Part shown: positions 56,301 to 64,000 of the stretch, in pieces | Position numbering within the stretch: the stretch's first letter is position 1 | Layout of the letters: each line of letters opens with the position of its first letter | Source: Diplonema japonicum | Taxonomy: Eukaryota > Protista > Euglenozoa: Diplonemea | DNA length: 64,000 nucleotides | Direction of reading: 5' to 3' | NCBI GenBank assembly: GCA_964019335.1 | Contig: OZ025730.1 | Coordinates: 1 to 64,000, forward strand | Program-made: the position numbers and the translations under genes | The notes under the pieces: model-generated | The model's database searches: none | Told to the model about the DNA's origin: nothing | Seen by the model: the letters and a program-made list of their open reading frames with translations, nothing else

Positions 56301-59126
56301 TGCTGATCCCACCTTTTCCACCTCGGCGTTCTGTTTCCTGTTATTAACCAAAACTGACACCTCCTTGCCCTCGTGGTGGTCCTCGTATTCACTACGGAAG
56401 CCGAATGGCTCTATCACCAGCTTGCTGGCAAGCTTGATGAGAGCAATGTCGCCACACCTGCTCTTTAAGGTCCCCGTCACCCAATGTTTCTGCCCCTTGT
56501 ACTCGCAAGGCACCAGCACGCTGTCCCCATCGTTGAGCGGAAGCTTTGAGGAAGCTGGCTCAGCAGCGCCTAGCCATGGCCTTGCAGCCCTTTTCTCGGA
56601 CGCTGTCTTTACGGAGTCCCTCAGCACCCATTGGGTGCCATTCCACACCACTGGGTTGGCGAGGGCCCAGCTGAGGTCGTTCAAGGCGTGCTGCACATCG
56701 GTGTGGCCCAACAAGAAATCCCTGATGCGCTCGAAGGGCACAAAAGCATCGATGTCACCCTTGGGAGTCGACCCTGCGTGTAAGACGTTGCAGTCGCCAC
56801 GGTGCTGTCTCTCGCCGTGCATGCTGGGCCCCGATGGCCCGGCACGGGCTATCCAATTCGGCGCTGTAACTTCGGCAACATGTGATGCTGCACCTTGCGA
56901 CTTCTTGGCGTTCTTGATGACGAGGAAGCGCACAATGCACATTGACATGAAGAGCATCAGCAGGACGGCAGCGAGGACGAGCAGGTGCACCGCCATAGTG
57001 TAGTCCTTGAGGAGGTAGTCGTGGGGGAGCTCGGTGCAGCAATCATCGGTGGCACCGCAGTCTTGGAAGGATTCGTTTGCTACTGCAAATGCAGAGGAGA
57101 GAGACGACAAGGCTGGTTTGAGTCTAAGGCAGAGCATCTCATCAGTGACGTTCTGAGCAGAGACGCCCAGCCACTCCTCATTGAGCCGCTGGTCAAGTCC
57201 GTAGCCTCTGACCTGCGCTCCGCATGTGGACTGCACATCCGCTTCATCCACGTTGCAGTTAGGATGGTCGGGGTCGAATTTCGACCCCTTCCACCATTCG
57301 TCCATCCATTCAAACACAGCACCGCCGATCAGCTTCTGGTAGGGTGCCTCCAGCAGCGATCCATTCTCCCACGCGTACGCCACGTCGTCGAGCGTCTGCG
57401 CATCATCGCCCTCCTCCACGAACGACACAGACACCAGGTGCGTGAGGGGGTCCCTCGTACCTTTGTTGTAGATGCGATAGTTGTTAATCTTCACGAATCG
57501 TGGGTCGGGGAGGGCGTCTTGTGTAATGGTATCTGACGGGCAGACAGGCGTATAGCAGATAGAGACGTTGGCTTTTTCACCGAGGTACTTGCTGATGACA
57601 CGCGAGAGGGACATGAGGGAGCTTGTTTGATTCGCTTCAGAGAGGATGTTAGACTGCCCGGATTGCTTGAAGGCAGACTCTCCGATAGAGAAATCTTGTA
57701 AAGAGTCGGCCCCGTACTCGGAGATGAGAATGGGCTTCGCGAGATTGAACTGCAGCAACATGTCGTTGAGTCTGTCGGCGCCGACGTAGGGCTGCAGCCC
57801 CCAGACTTCAAAACCAGAGGAGCCGTCGAACTTCTCCATCTGGTCGCGAACCTCGTCACTGTTCGCCATGGGCACCATCATGGGGTGTGGGCTGTATCCA
57901 TTTGCCCGGTTTTCTTCCGAGTCGCGTACGTCGCTGAGAACTTTAACCGCTTGAAAAAACGCAGGCAGCACGCCATAAAAGGCGTTCGGGTTGTCCTCCA
58001 AGTTCGGTTCGTTGGAAATGGCCCACATCAACACCGCAGGGTGCGACCGGTACTTTCGAAGCAGGTGCGCAAAGTTCACCTTCATGCTCTTCAAGACCTG
58101 CGTGTCCTCCAGGTTGGAATACAGCTTCGAATCCATCCAAAATGTGACAATAACCTTCAAACCCAACGCATGGCAGTCGTCAAGGAAATCCGTGTGGTCC
58201 CGATCGAGCAGCCAATTGTACAACCGGATGGTGTTGAATATCTTCGCTATCTTCCGGAGGTGGAACCGGTTGTACTCCCGATACGACGTTCTGAAGAGCG
58301 AGTCTCTGACAGAAGTCATGTGCATGATGTCCCCAAAGGGGTACTCGTACCGTGCATCTACGCCCTTCCACACAGGGTGGTAGGCCACACCCTTCACAAT
58401 GTAAAGCTTGTCGTCGACATAAAGCCCTTTGTCGCGTACCTCCACAACGGATGGCTGAGTGTTGATACTTTTTGTTTCGCGGATGGAAACGGCTAGGATA
58501 CCGCAGAGGATGATGACCAAGGTGGCGATGGGGATGGGGAGAACGATGTCGAAGAACAACATGCAGACCCATTGCATCACAGTTCCCTGCGTGGGTTTCA
58601 CATCGGTTCTGGTAAACTCCCTGTCCTCGTTGTGCCATGTGTGAGCGGGTTTTGGAACAGGGTTTGTCATGGGAACACCGTGCGACGCGATCTTCCTGTC
58701 AGTGCTGAAGGAGAGGTTTCTTCGAAACCTAAGAGACCCGAGCTCGCTTGGGGTTTCGTCGATGACTTCATTGTCGCCTTCTGGTTTTGGTTCCGCGGCA
58801 GCCTTTGCCCCGCCGCCCAGACCACTGCTTGAGAGTGGAGACCATGCATTGTTACTGTTTCCCATAGGTGAGCTTCCATTCGACGAATTCGGGTATGGCG
58901 CCAACGGGTTGCCTAGTAACGGGGTTGCTAGTAATGTGTCCGCGTTCAACGGGCTGATCGCAACAGGCCGCTTCTTCACCTCCTTTCCGTCCCCGTTCAG
59001 AAACATGGGTGATGGGGTGAGCAGTCCCAGCTTCGGTGATTTTTTCAGGTTTCCCATCGGGAGATCCAAATCAACATAATGCGAGGCTGCGGGGTTCTTC
59101 TTCATCGCTTTATTTAAATTGGCCAT
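50358..59126 (-). CDS. Beta-1,3-glucan synthase (GT48, FKS/GSL-like) fused to an N-terminal clan GH-A glycoside hydrolase domain
   Basis: 2922 aa, no intron seen. GT48 motifs PYYAE, WASMRGQTL, LGEGKAENQN, DMNQDGY, GFREHIFT, RMHYGHPD, GGVSRAS..NEDIFLG, GKGREV, YLGTGRG. GH motifs KGVAY, NTIRLY, MWAISNEP, ISEYG, GGAVFEWMDEWWK. Confidence 0.92.
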   Translation of the reverse strand: MANLNKAMKKNPAASHYVDLDLPMGNLKKSPKLGLLTPSPMFLNGDGKEVKKRPVAISPLNADTLLATPLLGNPLAPYPNSSNGSSPMGNSNNAWSPLSSSGLGGGAKAAAEPKPEGDNEVIDETPSELGSLRFRRNLSFSTDRKIASHGVPMTNPVPKPAHTWHNEDREFTRTDVKPTQGTVMQWVCMLFFDIVLPIPIATLVIILCGILAVSIRETKSINTQPSVVEVRDKGLYVDDKLYIVKGVAYHPVWKGVDARYEYPFGDIMHMTSVRDSLFRTSYREYNRFHLRKIAKIFNTIRLYNWLLDRDHTDFLDDCHALGLKVIVTFWMDSKLYSNLEDTQVLKSMKVNFAHLLRKYRSHPAVLMWAISNEPNLEDNPNAFYGVLPAFFQAVKVLSDVRDSEENRANGYSPHPMMVPMANSDEVRDQMEKFDGSSGFEVWGLQPYVGADRLNDMLLQFNLAKPILISEYGADSLQDFSIGESAFKQSGQSNILSEANQTSSLMSLSRVISKYLGEKANVSICYTPVCPSDTITQDALPDPRFVKINNYRIYNKGTRDPLTHLVSVSFVEEGDDAQTLDDVAYAWENGSLLEAPYQKLIGGAVFEWMDEWWKGSKFDPDHPNCNVDEADVQSTCGAQVRGYGLDQRLNEEWLGVSAQNVTDEMLCLRLKPALSSLSSAFAVANESFQDCGATDDCCTELPHDYLLKDYTMAVHLLVLAAVLLMLFMSMCIVRFLVIKNAKKSQGAASHVAEVTAPNWIARAGPSGPSMHGERQHRGDCNVLHAGSTPKGDIDAFVPFERIRDFLLGHTDVQHALNDLSWALANPVVWNGTQWVLRDSVKTASEKRAARPWLGAAEPASSKLPLNDGDSVLVPCEYKGQKHWVTGTLKSRCGDIALIKLASKLVIEPFGFRSEYEDHHEGKEVSVLVNNRKQNAEVEKVGSALKAVVENLKVSVSDIKAAAELSFPDKDGVIKRSVKLTPSIAKAVLENSETKPPSKEDIAKRPRYNVNLAYEAYVHAVGQAVLRRCFTHHKEKDKDKMHSEEQRDYLTLEGNDFVAGDLPREIIIDAVKTVHDDILPPECLGFSPKASAADDMKEFGSRVWKGEFGLVMRPVLFLIIQQRVDNLRQSKWLKVMLYDWILRSTEDRDPTMVLDCVRDVVNMCQHHLELVKSDTVNYADVDEIYHQMYKAKYGGVTQWHPINDTRSMGRTYTMYSMSGIVKNGDALQKTFPERLSWVVPVRLFTFTVHAHLTLFYGMLAVQMNFKWGLTWWLLASVESIICIMNRLIDLWMFPLPKHHIRFSLLSLVELGCSLFFGIVKFYPDTKGNDFLQADVVTGYIAFMWVSQLIIRPLGNLQFRISLKHPTRFLSWRACTLFAMLLMQASVAWFIIVPSVATLTLSVCRCTEVDLPVLSNFITSESHCTADGKDVVCFVSLVLIFITTFISLTLLAHVSYMLLSIVCGYIVGFKKKLGTVKQWSDVQALMEAMVKKSSKPSPLEHDSNSAQVVPDLSIYGSFMPQIQQTGVFVRIEKCVNVKGSARVEVHPQEQEENQICTHTASGSNPQFYRDVYFGEANIKYLVFKVIDERQTRETVVAVGTTRMHHRIALTDDAFLEVTVSKVVNGVKHVGNLPKHLFVYHQLCMYRGIFVHLWERDLINKSQCDAYCRWSFESAPPEEALIHFLQFFNGGAGLKAMFPTQNMAQDQAYILTLLQKKVSVFAMKSLTFFVPYYAETVLYTMKDLVQNEILQHMVDIWREEWEAFVERNFFGLKDAEKVLASAKQGQLHTLWGKLRKEYEDGCIAGSKKWGEYTWRYDGPPLSQLEDIRASNTASTHATYEKRVQYWIERQVRLWASMRGQTLARNVYGLCDMREAVVDLAYYEMKSAQGCRWVTDELRPTERSTVTEVLGWVATNSLLSKEWGESVKASFTTINGVSYKRYVCHALLYYNIDGARLFGSDSGWKHCSTGWEKLLSAVELRKDFCKNIDDAQGSEAKNVTEGKMLNTLASQIESAIAISAEANALREKAEVLVSTKIQLCFGAQVYFAKDEVRNPTNELLRMDRFRHLELATDFTAGTSFRSVHIARKAAPVNRTNFLNSYGEPAEIAKRGTCEKCKKPLSVVRCGNGDPHPMEQFSLTVFDRQAPLKLGEGKAENQNNMITCARGEVLNILDMNQDGYYSEGIKLPFITNLWNDFNRSNIEEGYKSQHKDTYQVMGFREHIFTQSHSAVGRYMALAEFSFVTLIQRFLASPHEVRMHYGHPDMVNAHLMKQTGGVSRASLSVNVNEDIFLGYEMAQNGRRICMIENLSFGKGREVDFNNASVFLKKLSAGCVMQLSSRDVHNLYTKILSLNAKWALFYGSIAHFMNIFLMDLTIFAFTYALMFFSLADITPQVLRLNQSPLSDPWLFQIGMFYIVPMLVEMNLERSYLKLSDFIMSVPFFSHQNRITASFFGMTMHTGTAKYLGTGRGMGNQPNSFIEFFIHHTWTNFIPGFKLIACIVVFWWGSNGCNQCENNSGFVRLWIVIVSAVSYLAGPALYNPKPSFTLTWGEAKAALEWMHQPVPVKFCKSSISIDTAAFAAHATHGGGSKKSLLVFWIFEWFEYLNSKALSASGSVVSSLSVLFKEFVFIIVKYLPWAAVVYFTLVVPRGTGPVEITHDPVTGNVSTSIDDIPMHTLRPDILLLLVLDIFLWEVVNASIYIFPNEGYLSGIIRLIRLAAVPFLILVAIITIFVYGKTGVWEAIRDLIGYMFLLGTAFSLLTDTYIAMVQFVISVQGGVGKIHHLQTSLYNGDTDERIKVHTCTECRMAGVRLHEKNCPHCKAAMSPLGFGSRSGKVPCTITEAFVIVDKANDSETVYSVDCDGEAAVKKRRLWHLNFVARWSPLLMYFRRMYYLVIAVLSVTSLLASALSAVHTTWLFNDRVAKRRKS

Positions 59127-59236
59127 TTCTTCTTATTTTCTTTTGGAAGGGGGGGGGGGGGGCGTGTTAGTCCCCCTGTTTCTCCCACTGTGTAAAAATG
59201 GTGTTTTTTTTTTTTAAACAGAGGGGGGAGAATAGG

Positions 59237-59267
<31 letters not shown>

Positions 59268-59269
59268 CT

Positions 59270-59494
59270 TCACTGCTTCCAGGTGTCTATTAAGTCGAAT
59301 AAAGCGCTTTTCTTCGCTGTTTTCTTCTTTTTTGCAGCTATTGCGGTTTCCTGGGTTGTAGCTGCGGTCTTCTTCTTCGTCTTGTGGTGTACCCCGTGCG
59401 CTCCTGTTGGGACCACGTCAAACGAACTGGTCAAGATAGCTGAGGGGTCCACAGAGCTCATGTCCCAAGTGTCAATCATCGATACGAAACCCAT
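59270..59494 (-). CDS. Candidate 74-aa microprotein with terminal IDTW motifs
   Basis: ATG-initiated, non-homopolymeric ORF on the cluster strand, preceded by a pyrimidine tract and AG. MIDTWD at the N-terminus, LIDTWK at the C-terminus. Confidence 0.5.
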   Translation of the reverse strand: MGFVSMIDTWDMSSVDPSAILTSSFDVVPTGAHGVHHKTKKKTAATTQETAIAAKKKKTAKKSALFDLIDTWKQ

Positions 59495-59890
59495 AGTTAC
59501 TTTTATGTGTAAATCAACCTAATAAGGAGAGATTTAAAAAAAAAAAAAAAGGAAGAGGGCGAAAAGTAATAAAAGTTTATGGTAAGGCAGGATGGGGGGG
59601 GGGGGGGGGCAGAAAGCGTTACATCCCTCCCCCACCAGTGGAAAAAGTGAAATGCAAAGAAAGGAAAAGTATACGTACAAATGTTCGCAAAAAAAAAAAA
59701 AACAAGAAAGAAAACTATAAAAAGAAATACTGTGTGTGTGTGTGTGTGGTGTGTGCGCAAACAAATTTTAAAAAGAAGAAAAAAAAAATGTAGCAGCAGA
59801 GGGGAGCAAACAAAATTTTACCGAACACTTTTTTAATTAAACAAGACACCCATGGGGGGGGAGGGGGGCGGGCAAGCTTTCTTCACTTGC

Positions 59891-59935
<45 letters not shown>

Positions 59936-59937
59936 AT

Positions 59938-62171
59938 TCAATAACCATTCCACGCGGGGAATGAGGGCAACCCCAACTTAAACCCTCCATGGGACATAAC
60001 GTAGGTTAGAGGGAGGGGAGGCAGCCCAGCACCATTCGACAGACTAATACTAGACAGGTGGGGTTGTGCGGTAGAATCGGCAACGGGGGGCTCCACCTCC
60101 TTTTGACCCTGATCCGGAAGCAAGGGCGCGATGATACGCGTTAGCTCAGGAGTCACACCTTGGTCAAGAACATTAGAAGGCGTGATACCAGCCTCGCTGA
60201 GCTGTGCCATGATGTGAGGCGGGAGGCTTTCATTGCTAATGAGCTCGAGAACTTCCGGCGGCACCACCACATCAGGCACGTCGCCTTGAATCAAATCGAC
60301 TTTTGTGTCCAAAACCCTGGTAGTTGAAAACGTGGGTTTATCCCCATTTGTTTCCTTCCATTGCTTGGTAATCGCATCGATTTCGTCGAAGTGATTCTTC
60401 CCGTAGATGAACGCCGTTACAGAACGTCTTTTAGGGCTTTTGTTGGAAACGTAGGTCTCGAAGAACGTAACGAAGTCCTGTTTCTTGGTTTCTTCCAAAA
60501 CGGCGATCTCCTTCAAGTGCTGGTCGAAGACCTTGGTGCGGTTTTCAATTCGTTTCCACCACACGTCGGTTTGCTTGTTAAGCGTTTTCGGTGTGTCCTT
60601 TCGCCTTTCGATTTCAGCGTTGACCACCGACTGGAAGTCCTCATCTGTCACCTTCTGGATCCAATCGTCCAAAGCATCAATAAAACAATGGATCCTGCAA
60701 TACGCGTACCATGGGGAGCATACTGCTGATTGTACTAAGAATTTGAACCCTTCGATCAATTCGTCTTGCTTTTGGTAAGAGCTGACGACGTATCCCAGCT
60801 GTTCAGAGGTACGAAGTGAGTTGAAGAACAGGCTGTCCAGCAGCCTTGCAAGAATGTCGACCAACGTGATCAATCTCGGCGATTCCACTCCGAACTGTAT
60901 GTACATGTCGACGACCGTGCTTTTGTTTTCAGGGTTGTGGCCTTTCATCGGGATGATGAAGTTCTTCCCTTTCGGAAGCTTCAGGATTCTCGAATGTTGA
61001 GGGTACAGCGAATACGGAAGGGCACCGCATTTGTCAAGGTACCACTCCTGCAGTGATTTCGCTGTCTTCAGAGTCTCGTCCTTCGTGATGTTCCCGGTGG
61101 CGAGGATGGTCATGGCGACGTTCTTTCTGAACTCCTTTATGTACCACAGCATGTCATTATGTGTGATTGTTTTTGCAGCGTCGAGAACTTCCTTCACAGA
61201 CCACCTTGTGAAGTGTGTTACAAGCCCGATTTGTTCCGAAGCGTGGATCACCGCTTGCTTCCTGTTAAAATTCACTAAATCCTCGGATATTTTACTCAAC
61301 GATGTGTTGAAAAGCTCTTCTGGTGGATCGACGGAGTCGATGGCCTTCCAGACCAGCTCCAACAACTTTCCGATTTTCTGGCTCAACCCGCCAACATACA
61401 CCTCAAGGCCGTCCGTGCTTGAAAGGATGTCGAGATTAAGATTCGCGATCAAAGCGTAGTACGTCACAGTGTTCGTCTGCTCTTTCAGGATCCGCACGAA
61501 GATTCTGTTTAAAACCCTGCTTTTCGGTGAACTGTACGCAACGGGGGAGGCGACCTTGATCTTCATAGAGACTTTGGGTACTTTGTAAACGGTGTCTTTC
61601 CAGTGGTACACACTGATCTCTGGTTTTTCTAACGCGCTGTCGGCAGTCCTGCGCAGGATCTGCAAGGGAACGTGGTCTTGCTCTCCTTCATCGTCATCGG
61701 CGGTGAGGGAGAAATCGTGGGGAATGAACGGGTTTATGTGCGGCATCGTCAGGTCCTTGCATATGCTCGCCGGTTTCCTCCAGGAGTCGAGCAGCTCTTT
61801 GGACAGCTCCCTCACCCCGTACTTGTTGTCGTAGAATCGCGACGTTCTATTTATTTATTTTTTTTCTAATTCTTCTTTTTTTTTTTTTTTTTGAAAAAAT
61901 ACTTGTTCAGCACCACTGCCTCCTCGCCGTCGAAAGAAGGACGCTTCACGGCCATCACCGCATTGTCAGGAGTGAAATCTTTCAGCATTTCCATAACCTT
62001 TTTTGTTGTTGTAAAAAGAAAAGACCCCCCCCCCCCCCCCTCCCATACCGCGTTGCTGTCCTTCTCGAACATTTTCAAATCCCCGCTCAGCGTGTACTCC
62101 GGATCGTACTTAAGCATCGCTGCAGAGCAGTGGCTAGTATGGCGGTAAGGGGACGGCATATCGCCATAGCT

Positions 62172-62215
<44 letters not shown>

Positions 62216-63368
62216 ACCTGAACTCCATTGCAGCAGTGTCGCAAACCTCAGTCCACACCTTTTCCGAGAAGCCCTCGTTGGTGACGAGCCTGAACTGTTG
62301 ATATATAAGCCCAACGACCTCTTCCAGGTGTTGGTACCCCTCTGAAGTGAGGTAAATCTCGACTTCGAAAAGCGTGTATATCTTGGACATATCGAGCACC
62401 GACCCTGCTAGGAGTTCGGTGGCCCAACCCCGTTGTTTCAGGACCCAGAGGATGGAACCTTCGCATTCATGGCCGATGATGTGTGCGATGTATCGAGTGG
62501 GCTTTGTTTTGTACAGCCCGTAGCCTCCTTTGACAGGCCAGAACATGTGAAGGCGGGTATTTTCATTGACTGCTGCAACCTGGTAGATCTTTCCGAGTTT
62601 TGTTCGGTCGAAGGGAAAAACGTCTTCCCAGGGCTGGGGTATTGGGGGCGACTTGTCCGGGATTTCTACGAAATATTTCGTGACCATCGCTTTCAGCACG
62701 TCGATGGGTTCCTTTCCGTACACGCATAGCTTCATGGACCGTGCTGTGTAGAATTTCTGAAATTCGAAAAGATGCTTTCGCACATCGATTCCCTTTGAAG
62801 CAGGCGTTGTACGCAACGTCTCGATGTTCCCACAGCCGAAGTTTGAAAAGGGATGCGTTGGATCAGCGATGTCCTTTAAAAACATTATGAACCGCATGTA
62901 ATCCTCTGTTAGAAATCGTTGGTTTTCCGACTCCACCGCCATCAACTCCCTTTCCGTGGCAGAGTCTGTAAAAAGTGGCGTGATAAAGAACTGCGCGAAT
63001 CGATCCAACGCACCTTCTAAAGCCGACGAGATCACGTTAAAAATGTAGTTGGTGTGCTCATAAGATGTATAAGCATTGCACGACCCACCGTGCTCTGTTA
63101 GGTATGAGTTATACGAATTCTCTTGCGGGTACTTCTCCGTCCCTAGAAACATCATGTGTTCAGTGAAATGAGCAAGGCCGGGCAACTCGACTGGGTCGTT
63201 GAACTGGCCTACCTTGCAGTCCATTGAAGCAGCGCTTTGTTCTGTGGCGGGGTCGGAGATGAGCAGAACATCCAGCCCGTTGGGAAGGGTGATATACTTG
63301 TGAATTTTAGGCTTTCCTTCCAGCATTGAGGCCGGGACCTCGACTTCTATTTCTTTTTGGTCGGTCAT
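59938..63368 (-). CDS. IDE: Insulysin/pitrilysin-type M16A metallopeptidase, 4 exons (1091 aa)
   Basis: PGLAHFTEHMMFLGTEKYP (HxxEH), NAYTS, LDRFAQFF, IGHECEGS, LRTSEQLGYVV. Introns 62170-62217, 61998-62048 and 61847-61902 give a 3276-nt in-frame CDS. Confidence 0.92.
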
Positions 63369-64000
63369 TTTTTTTTTTTTTTTTTTTTTTTTCCTCTCTC
63401 TCCCCCTCCTGGTGTTCTCAAGGTGGAATTTTTTCTTTTTTTTGTATAATGAAAAAAAAAAAAAAAAAAAAAAATGAAACTGAAGACTCATTTTTTTTTT
63501 ATTTGGTTCGCGTTTTCGCGCTTACCAGCACCTGTCTTTGCCCCCGTTCTGCTTCCTTCGTTGGGCAAAAACAAGGAACAGCGGGGGGGAGGGGATTTAC
63601 TCTTTTTTAAAAGAAGAAAAAAGAATGGGGGGGGGGGGAAAGAAAAGGCGAGACAGAAAGAAAAGAAAGAGGTAACTGAGAAAAGACGGAAAACAACAAC
63701 TGTGGTATTCTTTTTTTTTTTTTTAAACGGTGAACACCCCCACACCGAATTTTATCAATCTTTTTTTCTTCCTTTCTTTCTTTGCTCCCCCCCCCCCCCC
63801 CCCATTTTGGTCCTAAAAAAAGTGATATATTTTTACCTCATAACTCTTTGTCAGCACTTCTTTTTTTTCTCTCTCTCTTCTTTCCTTTCTTTCTTTCTGC
63901 GAACCAGAGACGCCTCGGAGGGGGGAAAGGGAAGAAGAAAATAAAAAAAAAAGAGAGAAGAATAATAATAAATAAATAAATAAAAAAAAAGCAACAAGAG

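Noticed and set aside
56041-57536. Long plus-strand ORFs antisense to real genes (also 10811-11554, 12502-13287, 18102-18881, 53787-54785)
   Set aside because: They are antisense shadows of codon-biased or repetitive CDSs with no recognisable motifs.

Overview
Eukaryotic genomic DNA, most likely a euglenozoan of the diplonemid type. This is an inference from a BILBO1 N-terminal-domain gene, an FHA-parvulin gene, a GT48 beta-1,3-glucan synthase, a strictly co-directional gene array and frequent cis-introns. I can support 30 protein genes, all on the minus strand, separated by spacers full of A/T/G/C homopolymers. Twelve genes are split by 32 very short (33-78 nt) GT..AG introns that I reconstructed by hand; each spliced model has an in-frame length. 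The donor consensus is GTATG, about half of the acceptors are preceded by poly(A) or A/C-rich tracts instead of a polypyrimidine tract, and the introns are biased to gene 3' halves. Highlights: (i) this intron system; (ii) a 2922-aa intronless beta-1,3-glucan synthase carrying an N-terminal clan GH-A glycoside hydrolase with both catalytic Glu intact, plus a C2-like insert; (iii) a delta-12-type desaturase fused to a catalytically dead fungal/FAS-I-type starter acyltransferase (SAT) domain; (iv) a ZAP/PARP13-like RNA-binding protein with two degenerate PARP domains; (v) several other pseudoenzymes, a gene-conversion tract between tandem paralogs and a candidate microprotein. No tRNA, rRNA, CRISPR array or transposase was recognised. 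All family calls come from motif recognition by eye, not from database searches.
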